The notes beneath the pieces were generated by a model. That model did not search any database, was not told where the DNA came from, and saw only the letters and a list, made by a program, of their open reading frames with translations. From a virus (Duplodnaviria; Caudoviricetes): a DNA stretch of 24,275 nt. Positions 8,256-15,964 of this stretch are shown here, in pieces. A program made the translations under genes and the position numbers. The first letter of the stretch is position 1, and every line of letters starts with the position of its first letter. The stretch covers positions 1-24,275 of IMG/VR virus record IMGVR_UViG_3300037511_000519; one strand, given 5' to 3'.

Positions 8256-8734
8256 CAGGAAGCCCGCTTCCACGTGCAGTCGCCGGTCAGCTCAAGGCCC
8301 TTGTCGCCCGCCTTCACCGTGATCCGGCCGCGCTGCCCGGCGTCGAGGTTGCCGTTGGCGATGATCGAGTCGAGGTCGCCGTCGAAGCCCTTCAGCCGCG
8401 CCCAGTAGCAGTAGTCCTGCGCGGTCGTGGTGTAGGTGCCTGGCTTGACCTCGCTGCCGACCTCCCAGCTGCCCGCGCCGACGGTGACCGCCTCGGCCTT
8501 GGCCGGCGCCTTGGCCGGCGTCTTGGCGGCGGGCGCGGTGGCCCGCGACGATGCGGCGGCCGCGATGTCGACGGCCTTCGCGGTCACGGGCTTGGCCGCG
8601 TTGCCCGCGGCGACCGCGAGGCCGCCGATGCCGCACAGCAGGGCCACGGCGGCGGCGAGCAGCCACGGCCACAGGCGGCGCTTGCGCTTGGGCGGGGCGG
8701 CGAACCGGCCGGTCTGATACGGGTCGTACGTCAT
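8255..8734 (-). CDS. Membrane-anchored exported protein
   Basis: KRKRRLWPW plus a TM span, Ala/Pro linker, GSWEVGSEVKPGTY...CYWARL...IIAN domain common in actinobacterial surface proteins. Confidence 0.8.
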   Translation of the reverse strand: MTYDPYQTGRFAAPPKRKRRLWPWLLAAAVALLCGIGGLAVAAGNAAKPVTAKAVDIAAAASSRATAPAAKTPAKAPAKAEAVTVGAGSWEVGSEVKPGTYTTTAQDYCYWARLKGFDGDLDSIIANGNLDAGQRGRITVKAGDKGLELTGDCTWKRAS

Positions 8735-9129
8735 GGCTTCTCCTGCGGGGTGTCGGTCTGGGCGAGGGCGGCGCGGGCCTTGGCGGTGGGCCAGTACGGT
8801 CCGGGCCGGTGGGTGATTTGGCCGCGCAGCTGGGTGATGGTCTGGATGAGGCGCAGCGCGGCGTCGTTGGCCGTCTTCAGCTCGGCGCGCAGGCGCTCGA
8901 GCTCGATCACGCATTTGGCGTGCTCCATGGCCAGCGCCTGGTTGGCGTCGAGGGCGGCGCGCAGCTGAGCACCGGTGGACTGCGAGAGGGCCTGACGCCA
9001 CTCCCGCGTGGCAGGGTCTCCGAGCTTGCGCACGGGGCGCACGTCGTGGCCGAGCTCGCGACAGCGAAACGTGGACGGCTCGTCCTCCGTCCAGCACCAC
9101 CACGGCGCACGCGGATCGAGATCGCTCAT
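8731..9129 (-). CDS. Coiled-coil hypothetical protein
   Basis: ATGA coupling; MSDLDPRAPWWC. Confidence 0.7.
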   Translation of the reverse strand: MSDLDPRAPWWCWTEDEPSTFRCRELGHDVRPVRKLGDPATREWRQALSQSTGAQLRAALDANQALAMEHAKCVIELERLRAELKTANDAALRLIQTITQLRGQITHRPGPYWPTAKARAALAQTDTPQEKP

Positions 9130-9293
9130 AGGTGCCACCTGCCGTCCGGCCCGCACTTCAGCGTGTGGCCGTGTCGGGCCTTCACGTCGCCCGGGTGGCA
9201 GGCGGCCCGGTTGTCGCAGCCTCCTGCGGTCAGCACGGCGGCCAGCGCGAGGACGGCGCACGTCTTGCGCCCGGCGTTGTCGAAGCGCCTCAT
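9126..9293 (-). CDS. Small putative lipoprotein (55 aa, not in the ORF track)
   Basis: Hand translation MRRFDNAGRKTCAVLALAAVLTAGG-CDNRAACHPGDVKARHGHTLKCGPDGRWHL; ATGA overlaps at both ends. Confidence 0.7.
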   Translation of the reverse strand: MRRFDNAGRKTCAVLALAAVLTAGGCDNRAACHPGDVKARHGHTLKCGPDGRWHL

Positions 9294-9523
9294 GACGGCG
9301 GCCTCAGTGAGTATCGGCCGCGCACACTCGCGAGTGGCTGTCGCGCGATGTTGGGTTCGTCCGCGACAGTTGAGTGCTGGCCCCGAAGGATCTTCGAGAC
9401 CATCGAGGTGGAGACGCCGTACCGGGCGGCGAGCGTGGTTGTGCCGACCCTGCCGCGCTGGTAGGCGGTACGGATCTCCATCGCCTGCTCTCTGGTGAGC
9501 TTCGGCTTCGGGCCGCGCGTCAC
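9290..9523 (-). CDS. Small HTH DNA-binding protein
   Basis: KLTREQAMEIR...TTTLAARYGVSTSMVSKILRG. Confidence 0.8.
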   Translation of the reverse strand: MTRGPKPKLTREQAMEIRTAYQRGRVGTTTLAARYGVSTSMVSKILRGQHSTVADEPNIARQPLASVRGRYSLRPPS

Positions 9524-9759
9524 GACGGCCTCCCGGGGATGACGGGCACCTCGGCGACGCGGGCCGGGCGGATGGCGTTGCGCAGGTCGATCAGGCGGTC
9601 CCGGTCGGCGGCGCGGCCGAGACGCTGGGCGCGGTAGATCTGCTCGTCCAGCTCGGCGATGCGGGCCTCGTCGACCAGGCGATCGAGAGCGGACGGCTCA
9701 CGTGGCACGGCGATGAAGTCGGCGCTGAGCCGACGCGGGCGCTGGCTGAAGAACGGCAT
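9520..9759 (-). CDS. Hypothetical protein
   Basis: Coupled at both ends; GC3 bias. Confidence 0.7.
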   Translation of the reverse strand: MPFFSQRPRRLSADFIAVPREPSALDRLVDEARIAELDEQIYRAQRLGRAADRDRLIDLRNAIRPARVAEVPVIPGRPS

Positions 9760-9983
9760 CAGGCCACTGCCTCTCGCACGACGGGCCAGAGGTAGGCGTA
9801 CAGGCGCTCGCCGTCGAAGTCGTAGTCCACGGGCACGCGCTCAAACGCGCCGGGCAGGAGCTCCCAGCCCTTCAGTTCGGCCATGGCCTTGGTGCCATCG
9901 AACACGAAGCCACGCAGCCGCTCGTCGTCCTCGTCGCACTCGGCAACGCGGGTGCCGTACTTCTCGTAGATCAGCTCAGGCAC
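9759..9983 (-). CDS. Hypothetical protein
   Basis: GAGGAGG RBS; TGATG overlap downstream. Confidence 0.7.
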   Translation of the reverse strand: MPELIYEKYGTRVAECDEDDERLRGFVFDGTKAMAELKGWELLPGAFERVPVDYDFDGERLYAYLWPVVREAVA

Positions 9984-10149
9984 GGCTCGCCTCCTCGGCC
10001 ACGAACTGACGGCAGGCGCAGTCGGACCGGGAGCACTTCGCCCGCTGGCCCTTGCCGTTGATCACGTGGAAGGTCACGAGGTGGGCGCACTCGCAGCGGC
10101 CCGGCTCGTACGGGATCTGGCCCGTCGCGGCCCCCTGGTCCGCGGTCAC
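9976..10149 (-). CDS. Small Zn-binding protein
   Basis: CECAH....H...C...DCAC..F; GTGA start. Confidence 0.7.
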   Translation of the reverse strand: MTADQGAATGQIPYEPGRCECAHLVTFHVINGKGQRAKCSRSDCACRQFVAEEASRA

Positions 10150-10460
10150 TCCGACCACCCCGGGTCGAGCAGGCGTGACAGTTCACGCATCCGCTCCACG
10201 TTCAGCGAGCGGTAGATGTGCACGCCCTCCTTGCGGGAGGTCACCAGCCCGGCGTTGCAGAGCAGGCGCACATGGTGGCTGATCGTCGGCTGCTTGAGCG
10301 GCAGGTACGGCTCGAACTCCACGTTGGCCATCGGGCCGGACTTCAGCAGCGACAGGATCGTCAGCCGGGTCGGGTCGGTCAGGACCGTCAGGGCCGTCGC
10401 GAGGTCGTCGGCCGCCCGGTCGGTGAAGCCGAACTGGAACGGGCTGTGCAGGGCGGTCAT
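10146..10460 (-). CDS. ArsR/SmtB family transcriptional regulator
   Basis: LTDPTRLTILSLL...LKQPTISHHVRLLCNAGLVTSRKEG. Confidence 0.9.
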   Translation of the reverse strand: MTALHSPFQFGFTDRAADDLATALTVLTDPTRLTILSLLKSGPMANVEFEPYLPLKQPTISHHVRLLCNAGLVTSRKEGVHIYRSLNVERMRELSRLLDPGWSE

Positions 10461-11200
10461 CAGACCGGCACCTCCTTGGAAGCCATGGCGGCCTTGCGGT
10501 CGCGAAGACGGGCGATGACGGCATCGGCCTGCGCGCGGGTGATGTCGGCCGAGCTGTCGAGCGACTCGAGGCCGAGGATCGAGGCGGTGATCTGAAGCCG
10601 CCGTTCGCGGTGCTCGTCACCGCCGTAGCCGAGATCGCGCCAGAGCGCGTGCATGTGCTTGTGCTGGTCCTGTCCGACCTTCTCGTCGGCCTCGCCCGGC
10701 AGCGGCGGCTGGGTGCCACGCGGGCGCTGCGCCGCGCGCTGTCGGGATTGGCCGGCGGGACCGCCCTCGGCGGCCCTACGCTGCTGCGCCGCACGCTGGG
10801 CGTGACGCTGGCCGGACGCGGCGTCTCCGTCGTCGTCTTCGTCCTCGGCCGCGATGCCGGTCACCGCGAGCAGGGCGTAGCGGCGGGCATAGGTGATGGC
10901 CGAGCCCATCTTCTGCGGCTCGGACAGGTTGAGGGGGTAGTCGCCGGTCTGGAACTCGCCGGACGGGACGTGCGTCAGGGTGTAGCGCAGAACGAACCGC
11001 TCACCGGCCATCGTCGGCAGGCATTTCCAGATCACGCCAAGCTCGTTCAGCCGGGCGAGAACTACCTTGTTGACCTCGACCAGGTCGGCGTACTTGGTCT
11101 TCTGGTTCCCGACCTGGCCGGCCTTGCTCTTCGTCAGCACCGGCGGGTCAGCCTGAAGCGCAAGCAGCGCCTCGTCGAGGCTCTCGTGGACGGCCGTCAT
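10460..11200 (-). CDS. ERF family single-strand annealing protein
   Basis: KYADL...HVPSGEF...PQKMGSAITYARRYALLAVTGIAAEDEDDDG. Confidence 0.92.
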   Translation of the reverse strand: MTAVHESLDEALLALQADPPVLTKSKAGQVGNQKTKYADLVEVNKVVLARLNELGVIWKCLPTMAGERFVLRYTLTHVPSGEFQTGDYPLNLSEPQKMGSAITYARRYALLAVTGIAAEDEDDDGDAASGQRHAQRAAQQRRAAEGGPAGQSRQRAAQRPRGTQPPLPGEADEKVGQDQHKHMHALWRDLGYGGDEHRERRLQITASILGLESLDSSADITRAQADAVIARLRDRKAAMASKEVPV

Positions 11201-12039
11201 CAGAACGGCACCTCCTCGGGTGCCTTCGACAGCACGTACTGGCTGGCGGTCGGCGGCACGATGGCGTCCCCGACCAGATCACGGAGACCGGACACGATGC
11301 GGGCGACCTGGGCCACGTAGAGGAAGTCGCGGTAGACGTCCGGGCCGGTCTCCAGCGGGATGAACGAATAGCCGTCCGGCCGCACGTGGATTCCGGCGGT
11401 GAAGTCCACCTCGGGCATCGGGACGACGTCGCCCTCTGCGAGCACCAGAAACTCGGAGTGCCGGTACGCAACGAGTTGCAACGCGACCTCGCCGAAGATG
11501 CCGGATCGGCTGGTCTTCCAGTCGAGCAGGCCACGGGAGTAGCCCTGGTCGTCGCGGCCGATGTGGTCGTACTCCGGCATGTCCGGCAGCAGGACGTCGG
11601 CGATCAGGTCACAGGTGCCGACGTGCCGGTTGGTTTCCGAGTAGACGACCGCCTCGACATGCACCGCGCGGACCGCGAAGTCGTCGAGGAACCGTACGCA
11701 GCTGTCGACGTAGCCGACCAGTTCGTCGGGAACGGTGACCTTCTCGTGGGCGATGAGCCGCTCGGCCATGGCGTGCACCGCGGTGCCCTTGTTCGAGGCG
11801 GCGTCGCGCTTCTCGTACCGGCCACCCTTGATCTTCTTGAGCCGCTCCGAATACGGCAGGCCGGTCAGGGCATCCCAGTTATCCACGGCGTACTCGGCGG
11901 TCGCGTCGCCCGCCCAGTTGAGCAGTGCCGGCTTGGGCATGCCATCGCTGGTGATCGAGGTGACGCCGGGCACGCGCTCGCCGGTGTCGAGGTCGACGTA
12001 GTAGTGGCCGCGGGCGGTGTTCTTGCGGGAGATCCGCAT
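11200..12039 (-). CDS. PD-(D/E)XK exonuclease partnered with ERF
   Basis: PGVTSI...KPALLNWA...GTAVH...E...GTCD...DWKTS...QLVAY. Confidence 0.85.
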   Translation of the reverse strand: MRISRKNTARGHYYVDLDTGERVPGVTSITSDGMPKPALLNWAGDATAEYAVDNWDALTGLPYSERLKKIKGGRYEKRDAASNKGTAVHAMAERLIAHEKVTVPDELVGYVDSCVRFLDDFAVRAVHVEAVVYSETNRHVGTCDLIADVLLPDMPEYDHIGRDDQGYSRGLLDWKTSRSGIFGEVALQLVAYRHSEFLVLAEGDVVPMPEVDFTAGIHVRPDGYSFIPLETGPDVYRDFLYVAQVARIVSGLRDLVGDAIVPPTASQYVLSKAPEEVPF

Positions 12040-12308
12040 CAGTTCTTCCTCCTTCCGCACTTCGCCACGTCGTCGCGGTGGGCGGCGGCGAGCGCCTTGA
12101 CTAGCGCCCCGTCCCACGTCAGCGCCCAGCCCCAGGCTTGCGTGTGGCCGTCGCGTCCGGCGGTGATGAACCAGCGGATGCGCAGCCATTTGCGGTAGCG
12201 GTGGGCGTAGATGTCCGGCTCGTCGGCGTGGCCGCACACGTCGGAGTCGACGCCGGGCGACAGGCTGTACCTGCCGGTGCGGACCAGGGTCGAGGTCACG
12301 GCGGTCAT
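12039..12308 (-). CDS. Hypothetical protein
   Basis: ATGA start and TGATG end overlaps. Confidence 0.7.
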   Translation of the reverse strand: MTAVTSTLVRTGRYSLSPGVDSDVCGHADEPDIYAHRYRKWLRIRWFITAGRDGHTQAWGWALTWDGALVKALAAAHRDDVAKCGRRKN

Positions 12309-12562
12309 CCCCGGCCTCCCATCCGGGCCAGGTGCCGGCGCCACGCCCGCTCGCTGTCGACCATGGCGCGCATGGACTTCACGACGGGCGACTTGGGCAT
12401 GGCCTCCAGCCGCTCGGCCTCGTGGGCCAGATCGCTAAGGCTGGTGGTCGGGGCGTGGAGTCCGGCCGCATAGGTGGGCAGGACGCGGTTGATGACGGCC
12501 AGGGCGACTTCGCGGTCGGCCGGGGTGATCTGCTGCCGCAGCGGCACGGTCGCGGTGCTCAT
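12305..12562 (-). CDS. Hypothetical protein
   Basis: ATGA coupling at both ends. Confidence 0.75.
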   Translation of the reverse strand: MSTATVPLRQQITPADREVALAVINRVLPTYAAGLHAPTTSLSDLAHEAERLEAMPKSPVVKSMRAMVDSERAWRRHLARMGGRG

Positions 12563-12885
12563 GACGCATCACCAGCGGCACGAACGGAGCGCAGAACCTT
12601 GTCCGCCTCCTCGTGCATGCGGTCAGTCAGAAGCACGACGATCGCGGCGAGACGGTCTTCGCGGAGAATGCCCGCGATCGGACGGCGGTCGTCGCGCAGG
12701 TTGTCCCGCAGGCCGTCCCACAGGGCGTTGGTCCAGCGCTCGACGACCTCTTCGGGCTCGCCCAAGCGCATCGCAACGACGAGCGATGACCCATCCTTCA
12801 CAGCTTGATCGAGCACTTTCTCGACGTAGGAGTTGTGCTCCTCGGTGGCCCTCTCCTCCTCGGGATTGCGATACTCGGCCATCAC
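12559..12885 (-). CDS. Hypothetical protein
   Basis: Coupled; GGAGG RBS; start at GTG 12885 or ATG 12882. Confidence 0.75.
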   Translation of the reverse strand: MMAEYRNPEEERATEEHNSYVEKVLDQAVKDGSSLVVAMRLGEPEEVVERWTNALWDGLRDNLRDDRRPIAGILREDRLAAIVVLLTDRMHEEADKVLRSVRAAGDAS

Positions 12886-13223
12886 AACGACCTCCCGATG
12901 CGCTGCCAGGCCATGGCCAGCGGGACGGTCAGCCAGTCCCAGCGCGACGGGCGGCGGTGGCGGCCCTGGTACGGCGGCTCCGGCGCGTAGTCCCAGATCA
13001 ACTCACCGGTCGGCGCGGTCGGCGCGGGCAGCGGACGGGGCGGCTCCGGCTGGCTGGCCTCGACCAGCCGCAGCACGGCGGTCGGGCGGCGCAGCGCCGG
13101 CGCGAGCCCGGCCACCCACGGGGCCATGTTCTGAGTAGTCATGCCCGGGTCGATGCGGCGGCGGACGGTCTCGACGGCCGGGATGTCCCCGGTGTCCTCG
13201 GGCTTGAGCAGCAGGTCGGTCAT
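12882..13223 (-). CDS. Hypothetical protein
   Basis: GAGGGG RBS; YQGRHRR motif. Confidence 0.7.
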   Translation of the reverse strand: MTDLLLKPEDTGDIPAVETVRRRIDPGMTTQNMAPWVAGLAPALRRPTAVLRLVEASQPEPPRPLPAPTAPTGELIWDYAPEPPYQGRHRRPSRWDWLTVPLAMAWQRIGRSL

Positions 13224-13240
13224 CTCTATGTCCCCTCGTG

Positions 13241-13273
13241 CAGTGCGGAATCAGTGCGGAATCGGTGCGAAGT
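13241..13273. repeat. Three tandem 11-bp repeats
   Basis: CAGTGCGGAAT CAGTGCGGAAT CGGTGCGAAGT, intergenic and abutting the RBS of the 13223 gene. Confidence 0.85.
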
Positions 13274-13285
13274 TCTGTGAGCCGG

Positions 13286-13402
13286 TCAGCGTCTGCGACG
13301 CCAGTGCCACAGCGAGCGGGGCGGCGGCGGGAGGTGCCGGACGCAGCCCCGAATGCCGCAGGCGCACAGCGGCAGGGCGGCCGGGCAGGTCTTGGCGGCC
13401 AT
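13286..13402 (-). CDS. 38-aa Cys-rich peptide (not in the ORF track)
   Basis: Hand translation MAAKTCPAALPLCACGIRGCVRHLPPPPRSLWHWRRRR; TGATG overlap. Confidence 0.55.
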   Translation of the reverse strand: MAAKTCPAALPLCACGIRGCVRHLPPPPRSLWHWRRRR

Positions 13403-14262
13403 CACTCGCCCGCCATCCGGTCCTTAAGGCGCTGGAGGTCGGCCTCGGTGTCGGTCACTCGGCCGAGTGCCTCGGTCAGGTCCCGGTTCGCGTTGGCGAT
13501 GAGCCGGTCGACCTTGGTCTCGTCGACCAGGCCCTCGTCGGTCATGGCACCGGTGTGCGGGGGGACGCGTGCGCCGCTGACCGGGGCCGGGTCGTCCGGC
13601 TCGTCGTCGACGCGGGAGTAGGCCAGGCCGGTCGGGTCGAGGTCGTGATGATGCACGCCCTCGAAGCCCTCGGACTTGCAGCGCACGCACTCGCCGGGGC
13701 CCGCGTGCACAAGCTCGGCCGGGCGGCCGTCCTTGTGCCAGGAGATCAGGCTGTACGTCACGCCGCCGAACCGGACGCGGGCGCTCGTGTGGTCCTTGCC
13801 CTCGCGAAACTCCCCGCCGTGCTGGTCGGCGAACGCCCGCACGGCGTCGATCTCGGCGGCCGAGTAGCTCTGCGATTCGCTGAGGTCAGCCTGGCCGCCG
13901 ATCCCGTACGGCGCGGGCACTTCCGGGTTGGCCTCCAGCCAGTCGGCCAGCGCCCGGATGTCGGCGATGCGCTGCGCCCGCTCGGAGGCGGCGCGGTGCT
14001 CGGCCAGCTCCTCCTCGTCGGCCAGGTCGAACCAGTGGTTGCAGGCGACCACGGAGGCGGTCGGCCAGGGCGAGCCGACGGGTCGGTGCACGATCAGCGT
14101 GTCCCACCCGCCGGGGGCCGGGTAGGTGTCGGTGAAGAGCACCTCGGTGGGACGGCCCGTGGTGAGAGCGTCCTCCGCGAGGAACTGACCCGGCGTGAGG
14201 TTGTCGGCCCGCTCCCGCTTGGGCTTGGGCGGCTGGTTGACCAGATGTAGGTTCGTGGTCAC
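13402..14262 (-). CDS. Hypothetical protein (286 aa)
   Basis: GAAAGG RBS, GTG start, strong GC3 bias. Confidence 0.8.
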   Translation of the reverse strand: MTTNLHLVNQPPKPKRERADNLTPGQFLAEDALTTGRPTEVLFTDTYPAPGGWDTLIVHRPVGSPWPTASVVACNHWFDLADEEELAEHRAASERAQRIADIRALADWLEANPEVPAPYGIGGQADLSESQSYSAAEIDAVRAFADQHGGEFREGKDHTSARVRFGGVTYSLISWHKDGRPAELVHAGPGECVRCKSEGFEGVHHHDLDPTGLAYSRVDDEPDDPAPVSGARVPPHTGAMTDEGLVDETKVDRLIANANRDLTEALGRVTDTEADLQRLKDRMAGE

Positions 14263-14323
14263 GGATCTGCCTTTCTAGGGGAGGGTGGATCCGGCGGGTC
14301 GCCCGTTGCGCCGGGCGACCCGC
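14262..14323 (-). promoter_or_regulatory. Two-hairpin leader/attenuator
   Basis: Perfect 12-bp stem 14294-14323 (loop GCGCAA), then a CGGATC/GATCCG stem (14262-14293) enclosing the RBS. Confidence 0.6.
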
Positions 14324-14331
14324 TTCTTGCG

Positions 14332-14826
14332 TCAGTGGTCCGCGTGACGGCGCGGTGGCAAGAGGCTGCGGGCCCCGTCGGGGATGCAGCCGGGGAGCGC
14401 TCGGCAGATCTGCGCGACCGCTTCCGCTTCGGTGAACTCGCGGGCCAGGTAGCGGCGCTTGATCTCCTCGATCTCGCGCAGCGAGGCTTCCTCCGCCTCG
14501 ATCTCGCGAGCCCGCGCCATGATCCGGTCGACCACTTCGTCCGGCACCGACTCGCGCAGCGCCTTCGCCCCCGGCGTGCCGAGGGAGGACGCCTCGATCA
14601 GGTCGCCGATCGACGGGTACTCGCACCACGGATCCGGATCCTCGGAGACCGCATTGATGATGAAGAAGCCTTCTCGGCGCTCGAGAACGTCGAAGCCGGT
14701 GACCACGCCGGTCAGGCCGAGTTCCCGCTCTGGGGTGTCGAGCAGCACCGAGACGAGGACGTCGTGCCGCAGTCGCCCGCGCAGGGCGAGTCCGAGTAGG
14801 TGCCACAGCAGCCGGTAGAGCTTCAT
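14332..14826 (-). CDS. Hypothetical protein
   Basis: TGATG start; MKLYRLLWHLLG; GC3 bias. Confidence 0.75.
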   Translation of the reverse strand: MKLYRLLWHLLGLALRGRLRHDVLVSVLLDTPERELGLTGVVTGFDVLERREGFFIINAVSEDPDPWCEYPSIGDLIEASSLGTPGAKALRESVPDEVVDRIMARAREIEAEEASLREIEEIKRRYLAREFTEAEAVAQICRALPGCIPDGARSLLPPRRHADH

Positions 14827-15476
14827 CAGCTGCCGCCCTCGCCGCCGGGGGCCATCGACTCGAACACCGGCAGGCGGATGTCGCGCGGCAGGAGGAAGTC
14901 CCCGCCGGGCAGTGGCGGCTGCCCGGCGGGGGGTTGAACGCCTGCGACAGGTGCCACCACAGCTCTGTCGCTTTCGGTCACCGCTGGGCAAATAGCGGTT
15001 CCGGAGCCCGGCGTCAGGCGCTCACCCGAAGGAGTCACGGGTGGTTGAACCGGCCGGGACCCGCCGTCTCCACTGACGGCCTTCCCATCCCGGCCGGAGC
15101 TGACCGGCCCGCCAGCTGACGCGGACGCCGACTCCCGGGGGAGAGCCGACAGCCCCTGGCGGGCCGGAGATCGGTAGGCGAGCAGATCGGCCACGGCGGC
15201 ACGCGCCCGGCCGAGGCGGAAGTCGAGGATCGCCAGCCCGCACGCCTCGACCTGATCCGCCGGGCCGGGGATGCGGCGGGCGGTCGCGCAGATCGCGGCC
15301 AGCGCGTCGTCGAGGGCGAGCAGGACGCCTCTCGACGGGGCTGGAGGCGCGGGCGGAGGCGGGGCGCTCGGCTGGGGGCCCGGGGTCGACGGACCGTACG
15401 GCTCGGGGCGCGGACCGGCGGGACCGCGGGGAGCCGTGCCGGGGCGGCCGGCGGGGCGCTGCGCTTCGACGGTCAT
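14826..15476 (-). CDS. Pro-rich ORF overlying a structured-RNA array
   Basis: ATGA start and TGATG end; the 3' half has atypical codons where the hairpins lie. Confidence 0.6.
   Translation of the reverse strand: MTVEAQRPAGRPGTAPRGPAGPRPEPYGPSTPGPQPSAPPPPAPPAPSRGVLLALDDALAAICATARRIPGPADQVEACGLAILDFRLGRARAAVADLLAYRSPARQGLSALPRESASASAGGPVSSGRDGKAVSGDGGSRPVQPPVTPSGERLTPGSGTAICPAVTESDRAVVAPVAGVQPPAGQPPLPGGDFLLPRDIRLPVFESMAPGGEGGS
14900..15150 (-). ncRNA. Seven-hairpin array including a putative CI/C4-like antisense RNA (about 15050-15117)
   Basis: Stems at 14900-14931, 14944-14971, 14980-14999, 15023-15043, 15050-15097, 15098-15117 and 15127-15150; the G-U pairs form only on the - strand. Confidence 0.6.
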
Positions 15477-15964
15477 GCCGGCAGTCCGTCCTCGAGGAAA
15501 CCGCCCTCGCGCAGGTACTCCCCGAAGGTCAGCGTCCGCTGGTCGCGACCCTTGGCGACCTCGGCGGCCGTCCACTCGCCGAACGCGTCGGCCTCGCCCT
15601 GCTCACGCAGGAGTCGCTCGGCCGCCCGGTCGGCGGCCAGGCCGGCGCGGCGCGCCTCGGCCCGCTTATGCGCGATCAACGCCCGCGAGTTCTCGACGAC
15701 GTTGCCGTCCTCGTCGGCGATCAGCCGGTCCGGCTCGAACTCATACGCCTCAAGCCCGGGGATGCACACCTTCCCGGCCGGATCGGTCTGGCCCGGACGC
15801 TTACGCCGGGAGACGATGCGCTGGGCCAGGCCACGGCGCTCCTTCTCCGGGTCGAAGTCGATGACGTGCGCGACCGTCTCGACGAGGTACTCCTCGGAGA
15901 CCCCGCCGTCGGGGTTGCGCGGCGCGTTGGCCAGCGCGAACCGATACGCCTGCTCGCCGTTCAC
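15473..15964 (-). CDS. Hypothetical protein
   Basis: GTGA start, GGAGG RBS, GC3 bias. Confidence 0.8.
   Translation of the reverse strand: MNGEQAYRFALANAPRNPDGGVSEEYLVETVAHVIDFDPEKERRGLAQRIVSRRKRPGQTDPAGKVCIPGLEAYEFEPDRLIADEDGNVVENSRALIAHKRAEARRAGLAADRAAERLLREQGEADAFGEWTAAEVAKGRDQRTLTFGEYLREGGFLEDGLPA

Noticed and set aside
11200-12039. Nuclease as Cas4 or a defence gene
   Set aside because: No four-cysteine cluster; the pairing with ERF explains it as a recombination exonuclease
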